A program made the position numbers and the translations under genes. Shown here piece after piece: positions 1-12,099 of a stretch of 64,000 nucleotides of DNA. The notes under the pieces are model-generated. The model saw only the letters and a list, made by a program, of their open reading frames with translations. It was not told the origin of the DNA and made no database searches. This DNA comes from Kofleriaceae bacterium (GTDB taxonomy: Bacteria > Myxococcota_A > Polyangia > Haliangiales > Haliangiaceae): the NCBI GenBank assembly GCA_965215005.1, contig CBDCCZ010000019.1:98574-162573 (forward strand), given 5' to 3'. How positions within the stretch are numbered: the stretch's first letter is position 1; every line of letters begins with the position of its first letter.

Positions 1-921
1 AACGACTGGTTTGGCGAGACGGCACGCATGCTGGCGTTTCTCCATCCGCTCCTGCGAACAGAGCTTCTAAAGTCTAGACTCATCAGTTTGGACGACACAC
101 CGCTCAAGGCACAAAGCCGCGGCTCGCCAAGCGGCAAGACGATGGTGCGCGGCCGTCAATGGCTTTACCTTGGCGACATCAGTCGTATCGCTTACGCTGA
201 ATTCAGCGAAGACTGGAAAGGAAAGCACCCTCGCGCCGTGCTTTCCGAGTTTTCCGGAAGCATCCAAGGCGACGGCTATGGCGGCATCAATCCACTATTC
301 GCCCGCGATGGTGGACCTATCCGCGTCGGCTGCAACGACCATGCACGCCGCAAATTCGTGGCTGCGCTCGAGCAAGGCGATCGACGAGCCCAGCCGATCG
401 TCGACATCTACAAAGCACTCTACGCCATCGAACGCGAGGCTAAAGAGCGCGGGTTAGATGACGTGGGGCGGGGCACGCTGCGCGCTGCCGCGTCGGTGCC
501 GACCTGGAAGCGGCTCACAGAGGCCGTTGCCAAACTCGCGCCGCAAGCAGGCAGCAAGAGTCCATTGGGCAAAGCCGTCGTCTACTTTCAGCGCCAGCTG
601 CCAACACTCGAGGTCTTTCTTACCGACGGCTCGCTGCCCATCTCCAATGCTCACGTCGAGCGCCGGCTGCGCACCGTCGGCATCTTCCGCAAAAACTGCC
701 TCTTCGTCGGCAGCGTCGAGGCAGGTCAGCGCTTTGCCATCCTCCTCTCGCTCGTTCTCCAGTGCGAGCTCGACGGCGTCAATCCCTACGACTACTTCGC
801 CGACGTCATCGACAAAATCGCTAACGGCTGGATGATGAGCCGCGCCCCTGAGCTCCTGCCACGCGCCTGGCTCGCCGCCCGCGAGTGCCCAGAGCAGCCC
901 GCCGGCGATACTCTCTCCTGA
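1..921 (+). CDS. tnpC: IS66 transposase TnpC (5'-partial)
   Basis: DDT...DGY...C.DHARRKF...SNAHVERRLR...NPYDY motifs. Same protein as 21631-23238 with 6 aa differences. Confidence 0.95.
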   Translation, partial: NDWFGETARMLAFLHPLLRTELLKSRLISLDDTPLKAQSRGSPSGKTMVRGRQWLYLGDISRIAYAEFSEDWKGKHPRAVLSEFSGSIQGDGYGGINPLFARDGGPIRVGCNDHARRKFVAALEQGDRRAQPIVDIYKALYAIEREAKERGLDDVGRGTLRAAASVPTWKRLTEAVAKLAPQAGSKSPLGKAVVYFQRQLPTLEVFLTDGSLPISNAHVERRLRTVGIFRKNCLFVGSVEAGQRFAILLSLVLQCELDGVNPYDYFADVIDKIANGWMMSRAPELLPRAWLAARECPEQPAGDTLS

Positions 922-1036
922 GGCCAGAGCGTCGGCGTCCCCGTCCTCGGCGGCTCTTCCTGGTTCACTACATCTCACGCCTGCCTTTTCGCACGGCCGC
1001 ACCGCCTTAGGCAGGTGCGCGCTGTCGGGCGCTTAC
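1..1036 (+). mobile_element. IS66-family element, right part (continues left of the window)
   Basis: Contains the TnpC C-terminus and ends in ...GCTGTCGGGCGCTTAC (reverse complement GTAAGCGCCCGACAGC, a typical IS66 GTAA end). Near-identical to 22318-23353. Confidence 0.95.
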
Positions 1037-2922
1037 ATCAGCTCTTCAAATTGAGTGGAGAACGTCCTCCAGCCGCCGCTGCGCAAGTCCAACACGCCTA
1101 CCATGCCCTCCAAGCCCCCGCATATCACTGTCTGAGCATCGGGGGAGAACGCGGCGCAGATAACCCACTTTTTGAACGGACGCGTAGAAGAGAGAATGCC
1201 CTTAGCGGGATCGATCACGACGACCTCGCCACGCTCAGTACCCACTGCAAACAGCTGGTGCGGGGCCGCAGCGGCGACAAGGCTCCGAGGAGGGGACGGC
1301 AACTTCCACGACGTCACCTCGTTTGAATCGAAGGCCCATGATTCGGCAGTACCATCCGCGTGCACGGAGACCAATAAACGTTCTCCAAGGAAGCCGAGTC
1401 GCACGGCTGGAGAATCAACAGCGCGGCTAGCGACGAGCCGTCGGGCCCTAGCATCCCAAACCTCGATCTTCTTATGACCTGTTGCGATGTATCGATCATT
1501 GGGGTGAACTGCAACGTCTATGAAGAAGTTGTTGGGGTTGAGCGCCGGCACGCTGATGGTGAGTGTCGCTACGCCTTCGGCGAAGGCATCAGCCAACACT
1601 TGCTGCGCAGCGGCGGGCTCAGCATCGATGACACTGGGGAACTCGTGAAGGAGCTCGATGGCGCTCGTTGGCGCCGTGGAGACCAAGTTGTTTGCCTGTA
1701 GCAACACGAAGCGATTGCGCTCCGTTTCCGCGGCTACTTTCTCGCGGGCGGCGATGCTTCGCTGACGCTGCGCCTCGTTTCGTTCCTCGACGACTCGTGC
1801 GACCGCAAACGCTCCGACGAGAAGCGCAGCGAGCAGGCCCGTGGCGATGGCTCCCAGTAGTGTTCTGTGGCCGGCGATCCATCGCCTCGCCAGGTCGTGC
1901 CATGAGTAGACGTGAGCTCCGACCAGCTGGCCGTCTTGAAAACGGCGAAGATCGGCGGCGAGCTCAGCGCCGTTTGCATAGCGCTCCGACGGGTCCCGCG
2001 CCATCGCTCGAGTGATGATAGCGACCAGTCCCACCGGAATCGGCTGGCTTACGACCATGGCGATATCGGCGGGTGCACCGCGGCGGACGGCTTCGACGAT
2101 CTCCTTTGGTTCACTGCTAGCGATGTCGGCGTAGGGGCGCGAGCCGCAAACGATCTCGTAAAGAATTGCGCCCAGCGCGTAAACATCGGTCGGCTCGGCA
2201 ACCTCATGCCCTGCGGCTTGTTCGGGCGACATATACGCGGGAGTTCCCACGACCTCGCCGTAGATCGTGACCGTATCGCTTACCGGCACGTCATTGGAGA
2301 AGTGCTCATCTTCCGATTGCGCTTGGCCTCGCAAGTCCTTCGCCAAGCCCCAGTCGATGACGACGGTCTCACCGTATTCACCGAGGATGATGTTGGCGGG
2401 CTTGAGGTCGCGATGGATGATGCCTTTGCTGTGGGCATAGGCGATTGCATCCGCGACGGCGAGCACGTTTGGAAGCAGCCGGAGGCGCGCTTCTAGTCCA
2501 TCGCACGACCCGATCACCTCTTTTAGAGACCGGCCCGCGACGAACTTCATCGTGTAGAACATCTCGCCATCTGGCCGGCAGCCAGCATCGTGAACGGGCA
2601 CGATTGCGGGATGTTCTAGACGAGCGGTGATTCGCGCCTCGCGCACAAATCGCGCTTCGGCACGATCACTGCGGTGCAATAGTTCCTTCACCGCGATAGG
2701 GCGGCCGAGGTCGCGGTCGTAGGCGATTAGCACGCGGCCTAGCCCGCCCTGCCCGTGCACGGGTCCTAACTGATAACGCTGAGACTCCCGTAGCGGAAGC
2801 CGTTCACCAAGCGCTCGAGCCGACGGCAATGCGTCATCGGGCATCGCGGTGGAAACCGTCTGAGCATCGTCCTGCTGCGTCAGCGTCCGATCGCCGCCCG
2901 TATGCAACGTGGTGCGCTTCAC
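1033..2922 (-). pseudogene. Ser/Thr protein kinase with TM segment and WD40 repeats, truncated by IS66
   Basis: GQGGLG, VAVKE-like, HRDLKPAN, DWGLAK and GTPAYMSPEQ motifs followed by WD40-like repeats. The stop codon (1033-1035) lies inside the IS terminal repeat. Confidence 0.88.
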
Positions 2923-3640
2923 CGCTGAAACCGAGGCGTGCCGTGCGGGTTGGAGTCAAGCATATTTCGCGATGCCCCTCCTCTACGGACAGTCTCGTCT
3001 GTCGACAGTGCTGGCCTCGAAGAGTTTGCGAATGCTGGATGCCACAGAGGTGCAACAGGTTGCAACCAGCAATTGCTTAGTCGGTCCCCGGCTGGCCACG
3101 GAGAGGTGATCAACAACAAGTCCCGCCACGCCTCTGCCGCGAAAACGGTTACGCCAGCAGGAACACGCTTCGCGTGCAGACACGGCTTCGCTACGTGCGA
3201 CATTCGCTCGCTCGACTGAAGCGCTGCGGCGCAGGTGCTGGAAGGGCGCGCCCCGATGCCGTGTACCGGCCACGGCATCGGGGCGGCATGTTCTTGTGGG
3301 CAGGAGCACATAGTCTCGCATGCAGTCGACCTGGGCCCGAGTCAAGAGCGTTGACCCAGCTGACTGTTCGATGAAGTCGGCTGGACCTTATGAAGGTTGA
3401 TTGCCCGCGACAACCTCTAGCGGCGGCAAGGATTGGCAAATGAGGGACGGCGGCGTGACTACCTAGCGAGCGATGGCGCCGCTGCGGTGACTCCGCCTTC
3501 ACCCGGCCGTCCCTCGAGCTTACGCGCAACCGCTACTGTCCGAGGCGCTCGTGGAGAGCATTCCCTGTTCGGCGCGTTCTTCCACGTGACGTGTCTTCGC
3601 GGCCAGCAATCCGCTCGGTTGAGGAGCCTTATTGTTGGCG

Positions 3641-5008
3641 CTACCGCTCGATCACGACGCGCGACACCCGACTATGAAAGGCATCGCCGTCACTGTTACG
3701 GTCAGAGTGAAGTGCGGAAACGTAGCTCGAGCGCTCCGGCAGGTGCGTCGCCCGCGCTTTGAGATTGTAGTAGGTAAGCTCGTCAGGGTGCGGCCACTCG
3801 CTACGTGCCGACGCTGGCAGCTCAGGTAGCAGATACGTGCCGTCCTCGCGTACCGGTGAATAGACCGACCAGTAGTAGGACGTTGGCCGAGAAGGGTCGT
3901 CAATCTGCCCCCACATCGAGCCGTGAATGATGGTCGTGCCCGCTCCCTTCGGTACCTGCTCGAGCTCGAGCTTCCACACTGGCGCGCTCCAATCGACCGC
4001 ATCTGCAAGCCGCAGACGCCCGGGAAACTGGTCGCCTTCTATAGTGATGCGGAGCTCTTGCGAGTCCTCGCTGAGCGTCCCGTCGTTCAGCTCAAAGTTC
4101 CACGAGCCTTCCACATTGTCGTCCTTGCTGAGCCAGCCTCCGATGTCGTAGCGGAGACGCCGCGCGGCGGGAAGTTCCCAGCGCCCCGTCGTGGGAGCAT
4201 CGCGTGGGCCGGCGGTACTTACGGAAAGGCCGTCTGCTTTGATCTGCCCCCAGAGGCTGTAGGGATGATCGCTCAGTGGGCTCGGAAGATCTTGCCCGTC
4301 AACGTAGATAAAGCGCTCCGCCGGTCGCAAGTCCTGCGCTGAGACGAAGGTGCGACCTCGCAGCTCCGCGGTCTCGCTATCCCGCTCGATAGAAACTTTC
4401 TGGCGTACGTACGCGACCTCGCCCTCATCGCTCTCGAGGCGCAGCAACAGACGGGCGCGACCATCATCTATGCAGCGCTCGGGCGCACCGGTCTGTTCGA
4501 TGCTGACATACCTGATATCAGGAGGTAACGGGGGATAGTGATAATAACTACCAGCGCAGCTACCTGCAGAGGCTACTCGCCAACCGTATACGTCGCTGTA
4601 GATGTCGAGTAGTCGGTTATCGATGTCGATGGCTGCATATCTGGTGTCAGAATCGCGTCTCCGTCGATCGATCAAAGTGTGAATCTCGCCCGGCTTAGCT
4701 CCCCACCAGGTCCTAAGGCGATATGAGGAGCCTAGGCGCGCGGCATCGACGACGGTGAAGGCATCTCCTTCGCTCCAGTCCGCAAACTCCGCCCATCCCT
4801 CGGAGTCAGTCGTGGTCTCGTTCTTCACTGAGCCATCGGGATGGCTAGTAAAGAGGGGAACACCGGCAATTGGCCGACCGTTGGCCTCGACGAAACGAAC
4901 CCGCAGCTCGGAGCCATCGTGCATCTGCGGCGCGTCCTCCGGACTCGCCGTTTCGTCTCCGCAGGCAGCAACGGAAGCTATTAGTAGAAAAAGCAGTAAG
5001 TGGCGCAT
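3641..5008 (-). CDS. Hypothetical lipoprotein
   Basis: Long ORF; MRHLLLFLLIASVAAC is a lipobox-type signal peptide from ATG 5008. Confidence 0.7.
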   Translation of the reverse strand: MRHLLLFLLIASVAACGDETASPEDAPQMHDGSELRVRFVEANGRPIAGVPLFTSHPDGSVKNETTTDSEGWAEFADWSEGDAFTVVDAARLGSSYRLRTWWGAKPGEIHTLIDRRRRDSDTRYAAIDIDNRLLDIYSDVYGWRVASAGSCAGSYYHYPPLPPDIRYVSIEQTGAPERCIDDGRARLLLRLESDEGEVAYVRQKVSIERDSETAELRGRTFVSAQDLRPAERFIYVDGQDLPSPLSDHPYSLWGQIKADGLSVSTAGPRDAPTTGRWELPAARRLRYDIGGWLSKDDNVEGSWNFELNDGTLSEDSQELRITIEGDQFPGRLRLADAVDWSAPVWKLELEQVPKGAGTTIIHGSMWGQIDDPSRPTSYYWSVYSPVREDGTYLLPELPASARSEWPHPDELTYYNLKARATHLPERSSYVSALHSDRNSDGDAFHSRVSRVVIER

Positions 5009-5273
5009 GGTAGATAGTGGCAAGAGCATCTGCGTCCTAGGCTGGCAGAACATCGAGAACGGAGTTATTAGGCGCGCGTATACCCTATGCACGGTTGTGC
5101 GTCACGCTCCGAATGCGGGAGGAGCCGCACTTGTGCAGCTTCGCAACAACAAGCAAAGCGCGCCCATGTGCGAAGGTGGCGCTCAAAGACTGCATGAGCA
5201 GGCCGAGGTCGCTCACCGCCACGAGGTCCACCATAGGTAACCTGCAACCGGAGGCGCCACGGCTGGACGAAAC

Positions 5274-5365
5274 CGAGCCGATCTAGCTCCGCGAGTGAGC
5301 GCTCACGCGGGCGCAGCGCATCTCGCCAGCGACCTGCTCAGAATCCAAGCCGCCCTTGGCCACTT
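5274..5365 (+). pseudogene. Probable tyrosine recombinase C-terminal remnant
   Basis: Translates RADLAPRVSAHAGAAHLASDLLRIQAALGH, resembling the box II motif H.(LRH)..A.HL...DL..IQ..LGH. About 110 bp from the tRNA 3' end. Confidence 0.45.
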
Positions 5366-5475
5366 GCGCGGCATGGGTGGCCACGCAGTAGCCAGCTCGT
5401 TGGGACCCTCTCCGGCTAAAAGAAGGTCCCAAAGTCGCCCGAAGGCTTCATCTAACAAGAACCTGAATGATTTCG

Positions 5476-5548
<73 letters not shown>

Positions 5549-5589
5549 TGATTGATTCGGTTTTCAGGCTCTCGATAGAGAGGCGTGTA

Positions 5590-5618
5590 TGAGTAACAGG
5601 GGCGGGGCGGGGTGTCAA
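5590..5618 (-). promoter_or_regulatory. Putative sigma70 promoter of the tRNA
   Basis: Perfect TTGACA, 17-nt spacer, weak -10 TACTCA. Confidence 0.45.
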
Positions 5619-5705
5619 GGTGCGGGCGAAGGGGCTTTGCGGACGGGCTGAGGGGGCGGGATTCGGGGTTTGACTTGGGGGACGGGGGGAGGCTAAAGGG
5701 CGTCG

Positions 5706-6449
5706 GTGGCGAAGATTCGGCTGGATAAGCTGCTGGTCGATCGGGGGCTCGTGCAGAGCCGTGAACGGGCGCGAGCGCTGATCTTGGAGGGCAAGGTTCG
5801 GGTCGGAGCGATGGCGGCGGCGAAGGCGGGAACGATGGTGGATCGAGGGGCGGATGTGCGGCTGGTGGAGGAGGACCATCCGTATGTGTCGCGGGGGGCG
5901 CTGAAGCTGGTGAAGGGGCTGGAGGCGTTTGGCATTGAGCCGGCTGGAATGACGTGTTTGGACGTTGGCGCGTCGACGGGTGGCTTCACGGATGTACTGC
6001 TGCGGCGCGGGGCGAAGCAGGTATATGCGATCGACGTGGGGTATGGGCAGCTGGCGTGGCCGCTTCGGCAGGATGGGCGGGTGGTGGTTCTAGAGCGTGA
6101 GAACGTTCGGCACCTGGCGACGGAGAGGGTTCCGCACGGCGCGGACCTGGCAGTCATCGACGTGTCGTTCATCTCATTGACGTTGGTGCTGCAGAAGGTT
6201 GCTGCGCTGCTGGGGCCACCTGGAGGCAAGCCGATTGTGGCGCTGGTGAAGCCGCAGTTCGAAGCGGGCAAGGCGGAGGTGGGGAAAGGCGGTGTGGTGC
6301 GCGACGAGGGGGTTCGACTGGCGACTGTTTACAAGGTGCAGGAGTGGGCAAAGGAGCATCACTTCATCGTCGGCGATGCGGTCGAGTCGCCGATTCGCGG
6401 ACCGGCCGGCAACGTCGAGTTCTTGCAGCTGATACGCTCGCCTTTATGA
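5706..6449 (+). CDS. tlyA: TlyA family rRNA methyltransferase (S4 + FtsJ-like)
   Basis: RLDKLLV, YVSRGALKL, LDVGASTGGFTD, DVSFISL and LVKPQFE motifs. Confidence 0.95.
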   Translation: MAKIRLDKLLVDRGLVQSRERARALILEGKVRVGAMAAAKAGTMVDRGADVRLVEEDHPYVSRGALKLVKGLEAFGIEPAGMTCLDVGASTGGFTDVLLRRGAKQVYAIDVGYGQLAWPLRQDGRVVVLERENVRHLATERVPHGADLAVIDVSFISLTLVLQKVAALLGPPGGKPIVALVKPQFEAGKAEVGKGGVVRDEGVRLATVYKVQEWAKEHHFIVGDAVESPIRGPAGNVEFLQLIRSPL

Positions 6450-7438
6450 AGCTCGTGGTTACTGGCGCAGCTGGGTTCATCGGCTCGCATACGTGTGCTG
6501 AGCTGGTGTCGCGTGGTCATGAAGTCGTAGGAGTGGACTCATTCGACGATTTCCTCTATCCAGCGTCGGTGAAGCGAGCGAATGCCGAGGCGCTCGTTCA
6601 TGCGGTCGATCCAGGACGATTTCGCCTCTCTGAGGTCGACATCACGCAAGGCGAAGCAATCAATCGAATCATTGTCGAGTCTGGGGCCGACGCAGTTTGT
6701 CACTTGGCAGCGTTGGCCGGAGTTCGACCTTCTCTGCGCGATCCGGCTCGGTACATCCGTACCAACCTCGAGGGTACAATCTACATTCTCGAGGCTTGCC
6801 GTGCCGCCGGCATCGAGCGGGTGGTGTTTGCTTCATCGAGCTCGGTATATGGTGCTCGTGCCGCTTACGAAGATGAGCTCTCAAAGGTTGAGCCATTCCG
6901 CGAGGACGCGCCGTGTCTCACGCCGGCCTCCCCTTATGCGGCAAGCAAACGCGCTGGGGAGCTCCTGTGCTCGTCCTATCGCGACCTCTATGGCCTGGGA
7001 ATCAGCTCGCTGCGATTCTTCACTGTGTACGGGCCTCGGCAGCGGCCGGACATGGCGATTCACCGTTTCTTCCGCGCGATTCACGACGGAACTTCCATCA
7101 CGATGTATGGCGATGGCTCGTCGAGGCGCGACTACACGTTCATAGAAGATATCGTCGCGGGAACGGTTGCGGCGTGTGAGCGAGTCGAGCCCGGAGCGTA
7201 CCGCATCTACAATCTCGGCGGGACGCAAACCACCTCGCTGGCCGACCTGATCGAGCAGATCCAGCAAACGATGGGCAAACGCGCAGAGATCCGCCGTGCG
7301 CCGAATCAGCCGGGTGATGTCCCTATTACCTATGCGGACATCACGAACTCGAAAGCGGATCTCGATTACGCTCCGACAACGCCCCTATCGGTGGGCCTCT
7401 CGCGTTTTTGGGAGTGGTTTCAAGCCCACGAAAGCTGA
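6446..7438 (+). CDS. NAD-dependent epimerase (UDP-glucuronate 4-epimerase-like)
   Basis: GAAGFIG, HLAALAGVR, YAASK and RFFTVYGPRQRPDMA motifs; ATGA overlap with tlyA. Confidence 0.92.
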   Translation: MKLVVTGAAGFIGSHTCAELVSRGHEVVGVDSFDDFLYPASVKRANAEALVHAVDPGRFRLSEVDITQGEAINRIIVESGADAVCHLAALAGVRPSLRDPARYIRTNLEGTIYILEACRAAGIERVVFASSSSVYGARAAYEDELSKVEPFREDAPCLTPASPYAASKRAGELLCSSYRDLYGLGISSLRFFTVYGPRQRPDMAIHRFFRAIHDGTSITMYGDGSSRRDYTFIEDIVAGTVAACERVEPGAYRIYNLGGTQTTSLADLIEQIQQTMGKRAEIRRAPNQPGDVPITYADITNSKADLDYAPTTPLSVGLSRFWEWFQAHES

Positions 7439-7439
7439 G

Positions 7440-8771
<1,332 letters not shown>

Positions 8772-8796
8772 CGTTACGCACGCTATCATGACACAC

Positions 8797-9699
8797 GTGA
8801 CGGTGGAGCTACGCGAGTTAGATCGAGCAGATTTGGGTGAGGCGAGCGCGCTCTTGGCTGCCGCATGCCCGCATGATGCCGCCGCGGCCGTCGCCGAAGA
8901 GAAGCTGTTTGGCACCGTGCCCGGCAGCGATTCGAGCGACACTCTCGGCGCGTTCGTGCGCGATCACCTGGTGGGGCTCGTAGCGACCGCCGGGCAATGG
9001 CTGCGGCTTCTTGCGGTGCATCCGGAGGTGCGTGGGCGCGGCATTGGAACCGCGCTACTCGCCGCCGGAGAGAGTGCCGCAACTCGTGCCAAAGCGGCTC
9101 GGCTGCGCACCCTCGATCAACCCGGCAATTACTTATCTCCGGGCATCGACGACCGCGCCGCTGACGACATCGCGTGGCTCGAACGACGCGGCTATCGGCG
9201 CGTCGGCGAGAACACGAATTTGATCGTCGACGTAGCGGCGAACCCACGCATCACCGAGGAGCGGGTTCTCGAGCACGTGCGACGCCTCACCTCCGACGGC
9301 TACACGATTCGTCGCGCTCGCCAAAGCGATCGAGCCGATGTATGTGCGTTTGCAGCCGACTTCGCCCCAGCATGGGCCTTCGAGGTCGCGAGCGCTATTG
9401 GGCACGAGCCTTCAGGCGTTTGGATTGCGGTCGCCCAAGGCGAGGGCCGGCTCGCCGCGTTCGCTGCGCACGACGGCAATAACCGCGGGCTGGGATGGTT
9501 TGGGCCTGCAGCGACGGCGCTACCGCACCGGCGTATGGGGATAGGCGAAGCACTGTTTCTGGCCTGCCTCCACGACGTCGCAGTGGCAGGCCATCAGGTG
9601 TGTGAGATTGCCTGGATTGGGCCGAGAAAGTTCTATGAGCGCATTGCCGGCATCACCGGTGAGCGACGCTTCGTAGTCCTTGCCAAGGAGCTTGGATGA
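8797..9699 (+). CDS. Tandem GNAT acetyltransferase
   Basis: Two acetyl-CoA motifs (VHPEVRGRGIG, HRRMGIG). Start is GTG 8797 or ATG 8788. Confidence 0.85.
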   Translation: MTVELRELDRADLGEASALLAAACPHDAAAAVAEEKLFGTVPGSDSSDTLGAFVRDHLVGLVATAGQWLRLLAVHPEVRGRGIGTALLAAGESAATRAKAARLRTLDQPGNYLSPGIDDRAADDIAWLERRGYRRVGENTNLIVDVAANPRITEERVLEHVRRLTSDGYTIRRARQSDRADVCAFAADFAPAWAFEVASAIGHEPSGVWIAVAQGEGRLAAFAAHDGNNRGLGWFGPAATALPHRRMGIGEALFLACLHDVAVAGHQVCEIAWIGPRKFYERIAGITGERRFVVLAKELG

Positions 9700-9724
9700 G
9701 TCCTCTGCATCGGGTGTGGCTGCC

Positions 9725-10699
9725 GTGAGAGCGATGCTGCTTGCCGCGGGTTTTGGAACCCGCCTCGGCGCGTTGTCAGAAGATCGACCCAAGCCGATGC
9801 TGCCGGTCTGCGACCTGCCTATCTTGCAGTATGGAGTTTCGCTGCTGGTCGGCCATGGCATCACCGACATCGTCATCAACGTGCACCATCGCGCGGATTC
9901 AGTGGAGCGGGCCCTAGGCGACGGCTCCCGACTGGGCGCGCGCATTCGCTATTCGCGCGAGGCGACGATTCTCGGCACCGGCGGCGGACTGAAGAACGCG
10001 CTGCCGCTCCTCGATCCCAATGGCCACGACGAGCCGTTTCTATCGCTCAACGGCAAGCTGATTTTCGACGTCGACTTGCATGCAATCACATCCGCCTACG
10101 AACGCGCCGGCGAGCCGCTGGGACTGCTGGTTGTGCGGGCTGTGCCAGACGCGGCAAGTTGGGGAGCAGTACGATGTGTCCCGAGCGGCGATGGGCTGCG
10201 CGTTGAGGACATTTTGGGCGAAGGTGCGCACATGTTCACCGGCGTACACATGACCCGTCCGTCCGTGGTGGCGCGGTTGCCAGAAGGTGAAGCGTGCATG
10301 GTTCGTCAGGGGTATCTGCCGTGGCTGCGGCAAGGCGGCTACGTTGCCGCATGTGAGGCGGGCGGATACTTCGCCGAGCACTCGACGCCAGAGCGATACC
10401 TGGCGAGCAATCTAGAGCTGCTCGCGGGCGAGCCGCTACGCTTCCCGCCAGGACCTCTGCGCGGCGTCGCTCAGACCGCGGTGGTGGCTGCATCCGCCAG
10501 GCTCGTTGAGCCGGTTCGCGTCGGGCCGGGCGCGCGTATCGGCCACGGTGCAACGGTAGGCCCTGGCGTTGTCGTCGGCTCCGGCGCGGCGATCGCCGAC
10601 AACGTTCAGATCGAACGTGCCGTGGTTTGGCCCGGCGCGCGCGTAGAAGCCTCCGTAGCGGATGCAATCGTGACGCCCAAGGTCACGTTGAACGTGTGA
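9725..10699 (+). CDS. NDP-sugar synthase / mannose-1-phosphate guanylyltransferase-like
   Basis: LAAGFGTRL...PKPM and GTGGG motifs; C-terminal hexapeptide repeats. Start approximate. Confidence 0.88.
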   Translation: MRAMLLAAGFGTRLGALSEDRPKPMLPVCDLPILQYGVSLLVGHGITDIVINVHHRADSVERALGDGSRLGARIRYSREATILGTGGGLKNALPLLDPNGHDEPFLSLNGKLIFDVDLHAITSAYERAGEPLGLLVVRAVPDAASWGAVRCVPSGDGLRVEDILGEGAHMFTGVHMTRPSVVARLPEGEACMVRQGYLPWLRQGGYVAACEAGGYFAEHSTPERYLASNLELLAGEPLRFPPGPLRGVAQTAVVAASARLVEPVRVGPGARIGHGATVGPGVVVGSGAAIADNVQIERAVVWPGARVEASVADAIVTPKVTLNV

Positions 10700-10708
10700 T
10701 CGCGCCGC

Positions 10709-11064
10709 TCAGCGCGCACAACCCTTGGCATCGAGCGCGTTGTTCTCTGCGATGCACGACGCCACGATTCGGCGCGCCGTGTCGCCGGTTTTCAGCCGCT
10801 GGCGTGCGGTGGTGCCCCCGGCTCGATTGGCGCGAAGAGCCATGTCCAAGGCACTGAGCTTGGCTTGCTTGAGCTCACATTCATCAGCCAACGCCGGCAC
10901 CTTTTCAGCGCAGGCACATAATCTCGAGATGTAGGCCTTGCAGGCGTCTTCGCCGCGAGCAGCCTCATCGACTGCAAGCGGTGGCGGCATCTCCGCAGGC
11001 GCGGGTGTCTCAGCGCTCTGGTTGCAGCCAACGCCCAGGAGAACGAGAATGACGAGCGCACGCA

Positions 11065-11068
<4 letters not shown>
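10709..11068 (-). CDS. Small Cys-rich lipoprotein
   Basis: LLGVGC lipobox, several Cys; overlaps the PP2C stop codon. Confidence 0.7.
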
Positions 11069-11856
<788 letters not shown>

Positions 11857-11942
11857 CCAACGCAGATGCTACCACCGAATTGACAAGCCAGCATGAGACG
11901 CCGATGCTTAAAGAACCTATGGCCTCTGGGCACACGGACCTT

Positions 11943-12098
11943 ATGGCGTCCTGGTGGGGTTATGCCGAGGCCGACCCCACCGTCGTCGGGGTCTTGGTCG
12001 CGGTGATCGCCGCGATCGCGGTCGCGTTCACCGCATTCCGCCTTCGCGAGGCTTTGCGCCGCAGGCACAGCCACTCCAGCCGACGAAGGCGAGACTGA
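11943..12098 (+). CDS. Small single-pass membrane protein
   Basis: Hydrophobic helix followed by an Arg-rich tail; ends 1 nt before the next gene. Confidence 0.45.
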   Translation: MASWWGYAEADPTVVGVLVAVIAAIAVAFTAFRLREALRRRHSHSSRRRRD

Positions 12099-12099
12099 C

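Noticed and set aside
2923..3640. Short ORFs upstream of the kinase (possible ECF sigma partner)
   Set aside because: No recognisable motifs in any frame.
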